Below are positions 12,877-26,254 of a stretch of 64,000 nt of DNA, one piece after another. Within the stretch, counting starts at the first letter, position 1. Every line of letters starts with the position of its first letter. The position numbers and the translations under genes are program-made. The stretch is from the NCBI RefSeq assembly GCF_018350175.1, contig NC_058383.1, positions 26,724,001 through 26,788,000 of the forward strand. Reading direction: 5' to 3'. The notes under the pieces are model-generated. The model was not told the origin of the DNA. It did not search any database and saw only the letters and a program-made list of their open reading frames with translations. This DNA is from Felis catus (lineage: Eukaryota).

Positions 12877-13036
12877 CATGAGTAAGGGAGGGACAGAGAA
12901 AGAGGGAGACATGGAATCCAAAGCAGGTTCCAGGTGCTGAGCTGTCAGCACAGAGTCCAATGCAAGGCTCGAACCCATGAACTGTGAGATCATGACCTGA
13001 GCTGAAGTCAGACACTTAACTGAGCCACCCAGGTGC
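12798..13036 (-). mobile_element. Feliform CAN-SINE with long (GA)n
   Basis: TSD ttggcttaaaattctttta at ~12779 and ~13037. Confidence 0.92.
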
Positions 13037-13529
13037 TTGGCTTAAAATTCTTTTAAAATTGAAGTATAAAGCTTTGACTTTTTGAAAAATCTTGGCCAGG
13101 TGTCTTATAGAATGTCCCACATCAGGATTTCTCTGACATTTCTTCTTGGTGTTGTTTGACTTGTTCCTCTGTCCCTTGTATCTCCCTGTACACTGGAAGT
13201 TCACTTCAGAGCCTTGATTAGATTGAGGTGAAACATTTTGGCAAGAATCCTTCCAGGTGATGCCATGTGTTTCACATTGCGTTGTGCTAGGAGGTACATA
13301 AACATCTTTGTCTCCCTCCTCATGATGCCAAGCTTGAGCCCTGGGTTAAAGAGTTAACATCATTTCTTCCATAGTAAAGGCACATTTCCTGCTCTAGAAT
13401 CGGTACATAATGTGTGGGCTGCTCCATTTATCTGCAGTGCAGCCTTCCTGTGCTTGGCTCTTCCCATCATTCTGGCCCATACTTAAGTGTCATCTTATTT
13501 CACTGGACATTAGGCACCTGCTCTAAGGT

Positions 13530-14030
13530 GGCCTGTAAGGTCCTGTGTGCTCTGGCCTTGACTGACTCCTGAAATCACCTTGAACAATGTCCCCTTCCCC
13601 ATTGCAGCTCCACCATGCTAGCCATTTCAGTGCCTGAAGTGTACCATGCTCCCTTCTGTCACTACCATGCCTGGAACACGTCACTCTCCTCCTCACCCAG
13701 CTACTCCTTCTCAGGCTTCTGGGGTGAACCAGGGTCAATTCCTGAGGGACGTCTTCCTGGACGAAACACCCTACCCCAGTCTGGGTAAAATTTCACTGTT
13801 GAATATTCTCAAAGCACCATGGAAGTCTCCATCGTAGCGCCCATCCCACTTGGGATTTTCCATTTTATTTATGTAATTATTGTACTAATTTCTATCTTCT
13901 CCCCAGCAGCTAAGCTCCAAAGGGGCAGGGAACCTGCCTAGTTTCATTTATCCTTGTAAACTCAAAACACCTAGCAAAGAGCCTGGCTCACAGTAGGTGC
14001 TCAATAAATATTTGTTGAATGAATGAATTA
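13530..14030 (+). mobile_element. L2 3' end
   Basis: cctggctcacagtaggtgctcaataaatatttgttgaatgaatgaa. Confidence 0.8.
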
Positions 14031-15389
14031 ATGGCCACTGGTAGTTGAATGGCTCTAGGGGGACCCTATGTTAATACATCCTGAAGGATCCTGGTTCTGT
14101 TTGGTCCTGGGAAATTTCTAGCCTAAGGGTTAGCAAATTCTTTTCTGGAAAGGACAAGATAGTAAATATTTTCAGCTTTATGGGCCAGTTAACTGGGTTG
14201 GAGGCTCGGGGGTTAATTTCCTCATCTGTAAAAAGGGATAATAATAGTTCCTAACTCCTACGATTATCATGAAGGTTCAATAAGCTAATATATGTGAAGT
14301 GCTTAACATGGCTGCTACATAATTCTCGCTTGGGTTTTAGGTATTATTGTTGGGCTTGTATATGGTGGGGACACAGGCAACACACGTGTACTTCGGTAAA
14401 GAAACACACATTAGCATCAGCTAGAAGGAAGCGTGGCAAATAAAAACCCTACTGGATTTACACGTGCGTGTCAGTGACAGGCAGCCTGGATTAAAGAGCC
14501 GAGATATCACAGCAGGGAGAGCTGCCTTGTTCCCAGAGGGAAACAGCAACCTGCAGAAAGAAGTAGCACAAAGCTTAGGGAGGGGGAGACAGTGGCTCGA
14601 GGAAAGAGAGGAGCAGCAAAGGAGGCTGCGAATCCCTGTAATATTTTCCCTTGGAAAGTCTCAGGGGTTCTGGCGGAGGCCTTAATCGCCTATTCTAGGC
14701 GTCTGGAAGCCTCGTTCCTTGCTCTTTGAGAGCTGTGCTCCCTCTTGCCTCTCTCTGTCTCCGTTAGAGCCTAATCATATTTGAAAGTAGTTTTTATCTG
14801 TGATTATTCATCCGTATGCAAGGAGCTTAAGGGTCTAAGCCGCCACTACCACCAGATCCAGGCACGTGGCCCCGTTAATACACACAGCCCTAGAGCTGGC
14901 TAGCAAAGCGAGCCCCACCCCCATCCATCCACGCACGGAGATTTTAGGGAATTAGAAGGGAACTGCTTTGAGGGTGGGGAGGGGGAGAGCAAAACAAACC
15001 TGAGACCTAATAGCAGTCCAGCCGGCCCGTAAATCGATAAGGTGGGGTCGTCCTAAAGGCACAGCTCCTCAAACTGTAATAAGATGGTGTCTATGAGGAT
15101 TACTCATTAGCCTAGAGAACAATACTTCATCTTCGCTGGCTCTTTCTAATCTGCAGGAAATGATGTGCGGGGCTAGATTTAATGCTTGGTTCAGGTTAAT
15201 CCTCTGTTAAATAGTGGTGAGGGTCAGAGGGGGATTTCAACCACCCTTTCTAGGGTGGCGGGGTGCGGACATAAAGGAAGGGAGCCAGCCAGACCAAGGG
15301 CAAAGTCGGAGGGCACCAGGCAGGCTATAACAAAGACAAAGCCATTGAATTGCCCTTGTTTCTTGTACTGATGTTTCTCTTTTTGTGTC

Positions 15390-16600
15390 ATTTTATAGTG
15401 TTGTGATAGAATTCACATACCACGCGGCTTACCCACTTACAGTGTGCAATCCAGGGGTTTAGTCTATTCACAGCGTTGTGCAACCCTCACCACAATCAAT
15501 TTTAGAACCATTTCTTCCCCCAAGAGAAACCCATACCTATTTACTCCCAGTTACTCCCCATTTCTCTAGGACCTCCCAGCCCTAAGCAACCAGTAATCTA
15601 ATTCCCGTCCCGGTAGATTCAACGGCTCTGCACATTACGTGTAATTGAAATCCTACAATATATGGTCTTTTGTTTCTTTCACTTAGCATAATATTTTCAA
15701 GATTCGTGCGAGTTGGAGCATCCATCAACACTTGATTCCTTTTTATTGCCAGATAGTATTCCATTGTATGGACATACCACATTTTATTCATCTATTCATC
15801 TGTTGATGGACATTTGAATTGTTTCCACCTTTTGGCTATTGTGAACCTTCATGTACACATGTGTAGACATATGTTTTCATTTGTGTGGGTGTATGTTTTC
15901 ATTTCTCTTGGGTATGTGCCCAGGAGTGGAATTGCTGGGTCATATGGTATTCCTCTGTTTAAACTTTTGAAGAACTGACAGACTGTTTTTCAAGGTGAAA
16001 CTGTATCGCTCTACATTCTTACCAACATTGGTTATTATCTCTTTTTTTGATTATGGCCATCCTAGTAGGTGCAAAGTGGTATCTCACTGTGGTTTTGACC
16101 TGTATTCCCCTAATGGCTAATGATGTTGAGCATCTTTCCATGTGCTTATTGGCCATTTTATATCATTTACAGAGAAATGTTGATTCATATTCTTAGCTCA
16201 TTTTGTTGTTGGGTTGTCTTTTTTTTTAAATTGAGTTATAAGAATTCTTTACGTGTTCTGGACGTACGTCTCTTATAAGGTATATGGTTTGCAAATATTT
16301 TTTCCCATTCTGTGTGTTGTCTTCACTTTCTTCATGGTATCATTTGCAGCACAGAAGTTTTAAATTTTGTTGAAGTCCAATACATCTGTTTTTGTTTTTG
16401 TTTTATTGTCACTTGTGTTTTGGGGGTCATATCTAGTAAGACTTTGCCTAATAACAATGTACTTCTATACTTTTTTCTAAGAGTTTTAATAGTTTAGCTC
16501 ATTTAGATCGATGGCACTTTTGAGTTGATTTTTATGGATAGTGTGAGAAAGGGGTCAAAGTTTATTCTGCTGCCTGTAGGGTTCGACTTGTTACCACACC
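15390..16600 (-). mobile_element. L1MB-like fragment
   Basis: gttgatggacatttgaattgtttccaccttttggctattgtgaa; tggctaatgatgttgagcatct. Confidence 0.9.
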
Positions 16601-16619
16601 ATTTTTCCAAAATGGTGTG

Positions 16620-17003
16620 TCAGTCTTTTGTGACCATCTCAGTTAACGGTCAGTCCCTTGTCTACTTGTTTAAGACAAATCCATTCTTGATTCTTTCCTC
16701 TCCCACTCCAAGATGTTGTTAGAATCTATTTTCAAAAGACATGTCAAATCTGATTGGCTTTCTACCACTGCTCTACTCCACTGCTCTCACCCTGGTTTCA
16801 GTAACCATCAGCTTTGTCTAGATAATTGCAGAGATTTCCTAACTGGTCTGTCTGCTTCTGCCCTGATATCTCTGCAATCTGTTCTCTACACACATCAGCT
16901 ATAGAGAGATGTGCTTACATTTTATTTTATTTTGGTTTAGTTTATTTATTTTTAGAGAGTGAAAGAGAAAGAGTGCACACACAAGCAGGGGAGGGACAGA
17001 AAC

Positions 17004-17057
<54 letters not shown>

Positions 17058-17785
17058 CCAAACAGGCTCTGCACTGTCAGTGTGGAGCCTGATGAGGGGC
17101 TTGAACTCAGGAACCATGAGATCATGACCTGAGCAGAAATCAAGAGTTGGACACTTAACTGACTGAGCCACCCAGGCTCCCCAGATATGCCTACATTCTA
17201 AGCAGAGCATGCCATTACTGTACTCAAACCCTTTGGTGGCTTCCTCCCTCACTCAGAGCAAGTCCAAAGTCCTTTCTATGACCTATAGACCTTGTGGAAT
17301 ACACCCTGTATCCCTGCCAATTTCCCTCTTTGTTCTCATCACCTACCATTCTTCCCTCATGCACACTGCCACACTGGACTCGTTGGTGGTCCTCAAACAT
17401 ATCAAGCAAGCCCACTCATGTCTGAGGGACTTTGCACTTGTTTTTCCCTTTGCCCTGGAATCTCATTCTCCCACAGATATCCTCATGACTCCCTTCCTCA
17501 TTTCCTTCTAGTCTTTACTCCAAAGTCATCTTATCCATGTGGAAATCTTTGCACATCTTATCTACAATTTCACCTCACCAACTCTTCCTCTACCCTTTCT
17601 CTGCTTTATTTTTCTCCTAAGCCTTTTTCATTATCCAACGTAATATGTATTTTCCTTATTTATCTTTGTTTTTCACCTTCTCAACTCAAATGCCTTCCAT
17701 GAGGGCATTTACGTCGGTGATGTATCCCCAGAATCGAAATCAGTGCCTAGCACATAGTAAATGGTCAATAAATAGATGTCAAACA
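16620..17785 (+). mobile_element. L2 fragment split by SINE
   Basis: cctaactggtctgtctgcttc...cagtgcctagcacatagtaaatggtcaataaata. Confidence 0.75.
16920..17182 (-). mobile_element. CAN-SINE
   Basis: (GA)n; ends gagccacccaggctcccc. Confidence 0.9.
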
Positions 17786-18774
17786 AAATAAGCAGGTTGG
17801 TTCTTGCCTTCCCACTGCTTCCCGTAATAGCTTTTTATCATAGTCTTAATAACCATTCCATCAACACTTTACCTAAAAGGAGCACTTTTGGCAAATGTGC
17901 CCAGGGATACAACTAGTGCTCTGTCTTTCCCAGATATACTACAGATCCAGATAACTGGGTCCTTACCTCCTATTTTCAGGGTCTAGGTTAAGAGTATAAA
18001 TAGAGGCTCTACATAATGTATGTCTACATATTTAAATATAAATTAATATATGTTCTTTTTTCCTAGCTTGATAAATAAACCTTGATGATGACAAAATTTA
18101 AAAATTCAAATAAGACTAAGGTTTTTATATGAGCCAAAGTTGGCAAAATATCAAACTATCAAATGTTGGCAAAATATCAAAACATAATCAAATTCTTGGG
18201 TACTTTCTAGATATTCTGTTGGTGCCCTGGCTGGCAATGTTTAGATGGTAAAAAAAAAGATATATATAATTCATAAAATATGCAATCCATCAATTTTCTT
18301 TTTCTTGCCTTAATTTTAGCAAAATCACTTGTTTTTATAAACATGTTTGGATGATAAAAAAAGATATATACTATTCATAAAATACATAATCCACTTTTTT
18401 TTCTTGCCTTAACTTCAGCAAAATCACTTGTTTTTATAACCAAGATTATCACTAATTTATATCTGTTGACAGTCATGATTTAGTATTAAAATTAAATATA
18501 AATGGACTCAAATACTCAACATTTGGATACAATTTCAACCACAAAGTATATTATAGTAAAGGTAAAAATTGAAAAATTAAAGTTATTTTTTATGTTTTCA
18601 AAAAAAGTTATTTTTTCCTAAGGTATTCAAAATTACTTACTAAAATTAAAAGGTAAAATACAAACTATGAGTAAATGTGAACACTTGAAATATTTAAATA
18701 TTTAAAAAATTTAGGTAAAGTCGTAATCTAATTTTTGAAATTTTAATTACATTAAAAAATAATTTTTAAATGCA

Positions 18775-19217
18775 TTTTTACAGGTTAGTTTATATCCAGT
18801 GCAATATTGGTTTCAGAAATAGAATTCAGTGATTCATCACATCTGTACAACACCCAGTGCTTGTTACAACAAGTGCCCTCCTTAGTATCTATACCCCATC
18901 TAGCCCATCCTTCACCCACCTCTCTCCATCAACCTTCAGTTTGTTCTCTATTGTTAAGAGTGTCTTGTGGTCTGTTTCCTTTTCTTCTCTCCCCCTGCTC
19001 CCGTATGTTCATCTGTTTTGTTTCTTAAATTCTACATATGAGTGAAATCATTATATTTATCTTTCTCTGATTGACTTATTTTGCTTAGCATATTACATTC
19101 TAGCTCCATCCATGTCATTGCAAATGGTAAGATTTCATTTTTGATGGCTGAATAATATTCCATTGTATTTATATACCACATCTTCTTTATCCATTCATCA
19201 GTTGATGGACATTTGGA
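18775..19217 (-). mobile_element. Carnivore L1 3' end
   Basis: tacaacacccagtgc...ctagctccatccatgtcattgcaaatggtaagatttca. Confidence 0.88.
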
Positions 19218-19256
19218 TTTCATTACATATTTTTATTTAAAAACTATTCATAATTC

Positions 19257-19437
19257 TGGGGTGCCTGGATGGTTCAGCTGGTTGAGCGTCAGGCTCTTGG
19301 TTTTGGCTCAGGTCATGATCTCACAGTTCATGAGTTCGAGTCCTGCTTGGGATTCTCTGTCACCCTCTCTCTGCCTCTCTCCCATTCATGCTCTATCTCT
19401 CTCTCAAAATACATAGACATTTAAAAAATTTAAAAAA
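19257..19437 (+). mobile_element. CAN-SINE (internally deleted)
   Basis: ggggtgcctggatggttcag; TSD ataattct. Confidence 0.85.
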
Positions 19438-20899
19438 CACTGTTTATAATTCTAATTTTCTATGCCCCGTCAGTTGTCAATGAAAAGAGTCAGTATTATG
19501 GGTCCTGTGTTATGCACAGACTTCTGCGCATACAAAACCGAGAATAATACGAATTGTTTGATACCACATTTTACTCAGCCACCATATGCTAGTATTGCAA
19601 ATCCCGTCCTGATTCTCGCAAAGGTCCAGAGCCACAAATTGGAACACAAAGAGAAGCAAAACTGGGCAGTCAGCACTACGGGGAAATGGTACTATGCTAT
19701 TCAAGAATCTTTTGCATTCACTCCACCTGGGAGGGTGTCTTTGGCAAGTTAATTTGTCCTTTCTCTTACTTAAGTGCTCCTGCCACTCAGATCTTTTGGG
19801 CACTCTGCAACTGCGCCCATCCCTGTCTTTGGCCTCCATACCACACACAAGCCTTTAAGCCCTTTGGATACAGTTGCCTTCTGTTTTGGGGATAGAGGTC
19901 AAGATCTGGGAGAAGTGTCTCTCTGGGGCCTGAATGGTGTTACTCATGAGAGTGGATGTTTTGGGTGATGGGTCATGCTTTGGCAGTGCTAATGCAGAGC
20001 CCAAGTGACACGGGTGCCCAGCACAGGGCCCCTTGTTGCTCAGGTCTGAGGGTGGTCCTGCAGATGTGTGTGGGTGAAGGGCTTTGAGGCTTTGAGGAAG
20101 GGCTTCAGGGCCTAACCACCAGGATGGCATCTTAGAGTGGAGAAACTATCTTTTGGTGCTTTTGGAAACTTCCCTCCATATTCCTTATCTGGGAGGTATT
20201 TTCTCACTTCTAATGTGACTGTTGTGTGAATAATCCTAAGAGCTGAGACTCTTATGGGTCAAGGAGTCTTAGGCTTTTCTGTTTTACTTAAGGATGCAAG
20301 TGTTATTTTCCTAGTAATGGTGGCTTTTGCTTTTGTAGACCAAAGGCATTGCCACAGATACATATTCTCAGATATTCTTAACTACAGATAAAGAACTAGG
20401 CAAATGCTGTAGTGTTTGGATAAAAAAAAGTCAACAACCACCCAACCTCACTTGATCAATTTTATTTGAGCTATTAACTTAGAATATTTTGCACTAGAGA
20501 CTGCTTACATCAAGTAATAACTGAACGTTAAGCAAACAGATCATCAATTATTAACACGTAGCTGCTATTAATGTAATCCTTTACATATCAGTAACACTAA
20601 CATTTGGAAGAGGATATAAGCTAGTTAAAAGCATCTGGTGTACAAAATAGGACTATAACCACATTCCCTTTGCTAAAAATTTTAAATGATCAATCTCTAA
20701 ATTTTCCATTTGGGAATGGGTGTTGTAATTGGGACAGAGAGATGTACAATCCAGTCTGATGTTGAAATACCTGATCAAGACACCAGCAAAAGCAGTGTTT
20801 GGAAGGCTCAGACCTCTTGCAAATCCAAAATGTACCTTTAATATTGGATCCAGATACTTTATTAGCCAAACTCAGGACATCTTTCTGGGAATACATTTT

Positions 20900-21400
20900 C
20901 TTTTGCATATTGTTTTTGGAATATAGATCATACATTTGCATGGTTAAAAAACAAAAAAGTAAAATTCTTCTTCCTACATTGCCCTCTACACCAACGAGAA
21001 ATCAGCTTCTTTCGTATTTATGTATCTGTCATTTGCATATATCCGTAAAAACTAATTTTGAGTCTTACTTTACACAGCTCTGCATCTTGAGTTTTTTGTT
21101 TTTGTTGTTCCTTGTTCACTTAAATATCCTGAAGATCCTTCCATATCAACACATGGAGAGCTTTCTTCTTTTGATTTCCAACCACATAGTACCCTGGTAG
21201 AGGTTGCCTATACTTTATATAACCAGTCTATTCCACATAGACACTGGGTTGTCCCAAACTATTACTTAGGCTAAACACACTGCAGTGGATGACCTTGTAT
21301 GTGCATGATTTCATATGTATTTGGGATAAATTTCCAGAAGTGGAAATATGCTGGGTCAGATTGTGCGTGCATTTGTGATTCTGCATAGATATGGCCACCT
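20900..21400 (-). mobile_element. Old L1ME-like fragment
   Basis: ggataaatttccagaagtggaaatatgctgggtcag. Confidence 0.55.
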
Positions 21401-21569
21401 TGTCTTTCCATGAGGACACTAGCAATGAAGGAGAGTATCTGCCTCCCCAGGGCTCATTCGTGTTTTGAAGAATTGCTTGAGGGGAGACTATCCTGCTCAG
21501 CACAAACATCATAGGAGAGAATAGCACCATTTTACTTATTTCCCTATCATTCTGCAACCTTTCCCTCTT

Positions 21570-21745
21570 TGCCACTTGCTTGCTGTGGGACCGTAGCCGA
21601 GTTATTTAAATGCTTGTGCCTTAGTTTCTTCATCTGTAAAATGGGGCTGTAAGAGTCCCCACAGCCTATGGTAGTTGGGAGAGTTCCATGAGCCAATGCA
21701 CACAAAGAACTAAGCACAGTGCAGACATGGTAAGTGCTTTAAAAG
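21570..21745 (+). mobile_element. MIR
   Basis: gtgccttagtttcttcatctgtaaaatgggg core. Confidence 0.8.
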
Positions 21746-22204
21746 ATGCCATCTAGGTCAAATAAATAACGCCACTTAGGGATTGTCCCATCTCTGCCTC
21801 TATTTAGCCACAGTGTGTTCACATCTGTGTCATAAAACTAGAAACGCACTGACCATTTTCTTGGAGGAAAAGGAATCTTGGTTCTAGGTAGACAAACGTG
21901 AACTCCCTCTTGGAGTGTAAATGGAGAAGAGGACCCTGGAAGTTGCAGGTGGAGAAGGAGGTAATGAGGGTTAGAGCAGGAGCAGAAATTCTGCAGTGAG
22001 CCTCAGAGAAGGAATGCCAACCTGTCCTTAAGAGTGCCTTGGTACCAAAACCCGTGTCTCCAGGAGGAGGTTCTGAATCATGTGTAGCAGATGCCGAGTG
22101 CCCCAGGGCTGTCTGGCCTGGGGTTCTGCCAGCACAGGCAAGGTTCTAGAATCCTGAGTACTGGGAAGGGGTTGGAGAAGGAGCTACTCCCTTGAGCCAA
22201 GCAG

Positions 22205-22460
22205 AGTTGGAAGCTCTTGCTTTGGACTCAGACAGCCCTGGGTTCAAATCCTGACTCTACTACTTGCTAGCAGCATTCCTATTTCTGATTCTCTCTTTCC
22301 TCATCTGTCATTTGAGGATAAATGCCACAGGAAAGGTATTCTCAGACTGCTTGTATATCCACAGGGAGGCTGTGAGGATTGCATGATATGATAGTTCTTA
22401 GGCATGGAGCACCTTGCGTGGCACATATTAAGCACTTGATAAATGTCAGCAACTATTAGG
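22205..22460 (+). mobile_element. MIR
   Basis: ctgggttcaaatcctgactctactacttgctagc. Confidence 0.75.
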
Positions 22461-24399
22461 ACATGAGATGAATAGGTCTTTACAAACTCCATGTCTCCGA
22501 AACACAAGAGGGACCTTCAGGGTGGGGCGGGGCAGGGTTTACATTAACAAATTCAAGTCATAAAATCAGAAAAGACCCGTTTGGATGGATGCACAGTTAT
22601 AGAGGAAATGTGCCTGTTAGCATACATGTTATTTGCAACAAAACAAAACGAATTTGTAAGCATCTTATTGCAGATGCAGGGGAGGGAGATCCTGAAAATT
22701 TTCCTGCGGTCTTGAGGCAGCAAATGGAAAATGAGTTGTATAGTACTGATTGCTGCTAATTTAAGACATATAAAAACCACTGATAAATCTCTTTGGTGTT
22801 CTCGGCTTTTTTTTTTTTTTTTTTTTTTGATGTTATTTACTAAAGGTAAAATAGTCCTACTTTTCAATAGGTTATCTTTATCCCTTTATGTCATTTCAAT
22901 GTTAAGGACATATGTTCCTAAACACTTCTACTGCTTCTACTTATTATCTTTTTTCAACCCATCACTGTCTGTCAGATCTGAATCCTTGTGCCTGGGAATC
23001 ATCAAGGCACTGTTCTCCTTGCCTGGAATGCCCTGTAACCTGTTGTCCGCTGTGCTTGGCAAGCTCCTGCTCCTGCACCAGCCATCACACTTTTTGTGAA
23101 GTATTTCCCAATACCACCATCAGCCATCAATGGCTCTTTCTTCTTTGGTTCCATGGGACTCTGTTTAATGTTTCTTTTCTAACATTTTACGTATTGGGCT
23201 CTCATTCTTTGTGTACACGTCTATCTCTTCCTTTACACTGGGAAATCTTTGAGTCAAGGATTGCCTCCCTCTCCCTTTCTTTCTTCCAGGTTCATCAAAC
23301 ATGTATTAAGTGTCAGGTCCTGTGATAGGGCTTGTGAATACAGGAATGAATTAGACACACTTCCTGATCTGGAGGGGAGATTTCAACATAATTTGGGAAC
23401 AATTAAAGAATGAGGCCCTGAACTCATTGTCTTTTTTCATCCTCTCAGTAACCCTGCATGTGCCCATTATTATTCCCATTTTATTGTTGAAAAGCCTGAG
23501 CCAGAGAGGAAATAAAACTTGCCAAAGAACAAAGATAGGGCTTGCAAGAGGCTGCAAACTGGTGTCAGGGTAGGGTCAGGAGACCCCCTGGAGGAGGCTA
23601 TGCCCAGCACCATCGTGACTATGAGAAGGATTTGGCCAGGTGACTAAGTGCAGGAAAGGTGGAGGAGGAAGGATCAGGCTGTGCGAAGGCTTGGAGGTAA
23701 GGGAGCATTGCTCTTTGGGGAGGTGCAAGAGTCTTAGCCATCTCCATTTGGCCAGTATTTGCACAGAGTGCAGCACATAGTAGGTGCTTGCTAAATATTT
23801 GCTGTAAGAATGAATTCCTACTGCTGAAATCCCCATGATTGGCAGTTTAATTCTGGGTTTGAGTTCATGGCATTCCTAAGGATCTTTTCAGTAATTTTTT
23901 TTCCTGAGGTCCTGGGGATCCAACAACCACTGTCCCATCTTGGATGAGTGTGTCGCCAAATTGTTTCCATTCAGCTCCCCAGAAATCTCTGCAGAGGCCT
24001 CCCCACTACCTCAACTCTTTATATGTCCAGGGAGTGTGTCCACATTTAGGTTAGTCAGCTTAAGCAAAGCTTTGGGCGGAGATGGGCAATTGCTGGATGG
24101 ACAGCTGGTGCGGTCCCTTGCCTGAGGCTGTCTATAGGCCCCACAGCTCTGGAGTACTCAAAAACTGCCTCTTACAGGTGGGAGACCACACTCAGGAAAC
24201 AAGGATCTCCGGGAGGCTGCTTATGTCCTGGCCACTCTGCCTAAGTCTCCGGTCTCTTTCCCATCGTCTCTCCTCCCCATATCTTCTAGTCTGAATGGGG
24301 GTGAGACGGATGAGGAATTTCTTCTCTTCCGGTTGCTTTCACTCAAGCCGCTCTATCAAGGACAGGAGTGTTCTTTCATTTGTTGCTTGGCAATTAATA

Positions 24400-24620
24400 A
24401 GAAAAGCTCTGGAGCCAGACTGCTTGGGGCTTGCATCCTGGGTGTGCTACTTACCAGCTTTGTGACTTTGGGCAAGATGTTAGTGTCTGTACCTCATTTT
24501 CCCTACCTGTCAAATGCGCTTAATAATGATACCGATTTCATAGGATGTTTGGAAGAACTTAAAGGAATTAAAACATTTAAAGCACTTGGGACAGTACTTG
24601 GCACATTGTAGGTGCAAGGT
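24400..24620 (+). mobile_element. MIR
   Basis: ctctggagccagactgc...cttaccagctttgtgactttgggcaag. Confidence 0.8.
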
Positions 24621-24672
24621 ATATGCTGCTGCTGCTGCTGATAACAGTGGTGATTAAAATTACTTCACACAA

Positions 24673-24879
24673 GGGGCGCCTGGGTGGCTCCATCAGTTAA
24701 GCATCCAGCTTCGGCTCAGGTAATGATCTCACGGTTTGTGGGTTCGAGCCCTGCATTGGGCACTGTGCTGTGAGCCTGCAGCCTGCTTTAAATCCTCTGT
24801 CCCCCCTCTCTTGCCCCTCTCCCACTCATGCACACATGCTCTCTCTCTCTTTCTCAAAAGTAAATAAACATTAAAAAAA
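24673..24879 (+). mobile_element. CAN-SINE
   Basis: ggggcgcctgggtggctc; TSD aaaattact. Confidence 0.9.
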
Positions 24880-25328
24880 TTACTCTACAAAACCTCCTCC
24901 TCTATTCTGATTCTTTTGTACTAAATGTTAGTGGCCTAAAGCCATAACCAAATGGAAAATAGTTCTTCTTTTCCTCAGAGACAAGACAAGCTTAGACTTA
25001 AGTTTATTATTTGTTTTGTAATGCAATAATAAACAAAGGCAAGAACAACAAAACCATTACATTTTACATTAAAATAGTAGGACTGTTCACATGCATGTTA
25101 TACCCTAAGTTGTTTGAGTTGATATATTGCTCAAAACTGGAATAAACCTAACCCAGTCTAGTAACTGAAGTTATGCTGGATAAACTGAGTCTCAGAGAAA
25201 GGAGCTGACAAAGGCCTGGTCACACGAATACAAGGCTGGAACCAGAGCACATGTCTCCTGCTTCCTGTTAATGTTTCTTGTGGTGCCCTACAGCCAAGTG
25301 AAGAAATATAGCCATTCTCTGTTCTATG

Positions 25329-25343
25329 ACAGTGGTCAAACAT

Positions 25344-25384
<41 letters not shown>

Positions 25385-25604
25385 ATGCGTGCGTGCATGT
25401 GTGTGTGTGAAGAGCCTGATAGTAAGTATTTTAGGCTTTGGGGCCATATGTCTCTGTCACAACAATTTAGCTCTGATATTGTAGTGCAGAAGCCGCTGTA
25501 GACAGTATGCAAATGGATGGATGTGGTTGTGTTTCAATAGAACTTTGTTTATATAAAAGGTGGTGGGCCAGATTTGACCCATGGGCCGTGGTTGCAGATC
25601 CTTG
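25329..25604. mobile_element. MER58A-like hAT-Charlie element containing (TG)n
   Basis: gatagtaagtattttaggcttt...gggccagatttgacccatgggccg; (TG)n at 25346-25408. Confidence 0.85.
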
Positions 25605-26254
25605 CTCTGTGGCATCCCCAGCTGGAGTGTTAGAGGTGAATACCAGAGCAATAAATGCTTTTCTAACATGAAACAGAAGCTGGCAGTCAAATGCTAAGCA
25701 TGAAGAAATGGGAAGAGTGTGTGAATAAGGATAATTAGGCAAAAACCAATTTTACTTTTCCAACCCAGCGACCCCTGTTTCTTTCAATTTCTATTTTCTT
25801 TTTTCAGAGAGAGAAAAAGGAGATGGCAATTTTCTACATTAACAAATGAGATTAAGGGAGAGATTTAGCAAAATGGTGTCAGTTACCATGGCATTCCTGG
25901 TACAACTTGCCAGAAACTCCAACTAAAAGGGCAAATTTTATCTTTGTGACTCAGGTAATTTTAATCTATAGCATGAGAATTATCCACTTAGCTCCCAGAG
26001 CTTAGCTTGCTTTATTAGGATATCAAAAAAAAAAAAATAAGTAGAAAGAAGAGAGAACGTGTTTAGAGATGATTTGCTTTCGTTTGCGAAATCAGTCCAC
26101 AGTTAATTAGGGCGAACCTCAGAGGCCACAGGCAGGTTAGCAGAATGAGGTTGAATCAGTATCAGATAAGGGTACAATTAATAAAATACCACGGAGCATT
26201 CTTCCTGTGAGGTGCATAGTTATGTGGATCTTTTGAAATTGTTCATAATGGGGG

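Larger units (their letters stand above)
17955..20060 (-). mobile_element. Zaphod/MER115-like hAT-Tip100 DNA transposon fossil, split by L1 and SINE
   Basis: Left end aagagtataaatagaggctctacataatgtatgtctacatatttaaa and right end agggccccttgttgctcaggtctgagggtggtcctg resemble recalled MER115 ends. Minus-strand remnant DFAKIKARK is typical of hAT transposase C-termini. Confidence 0.65.
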
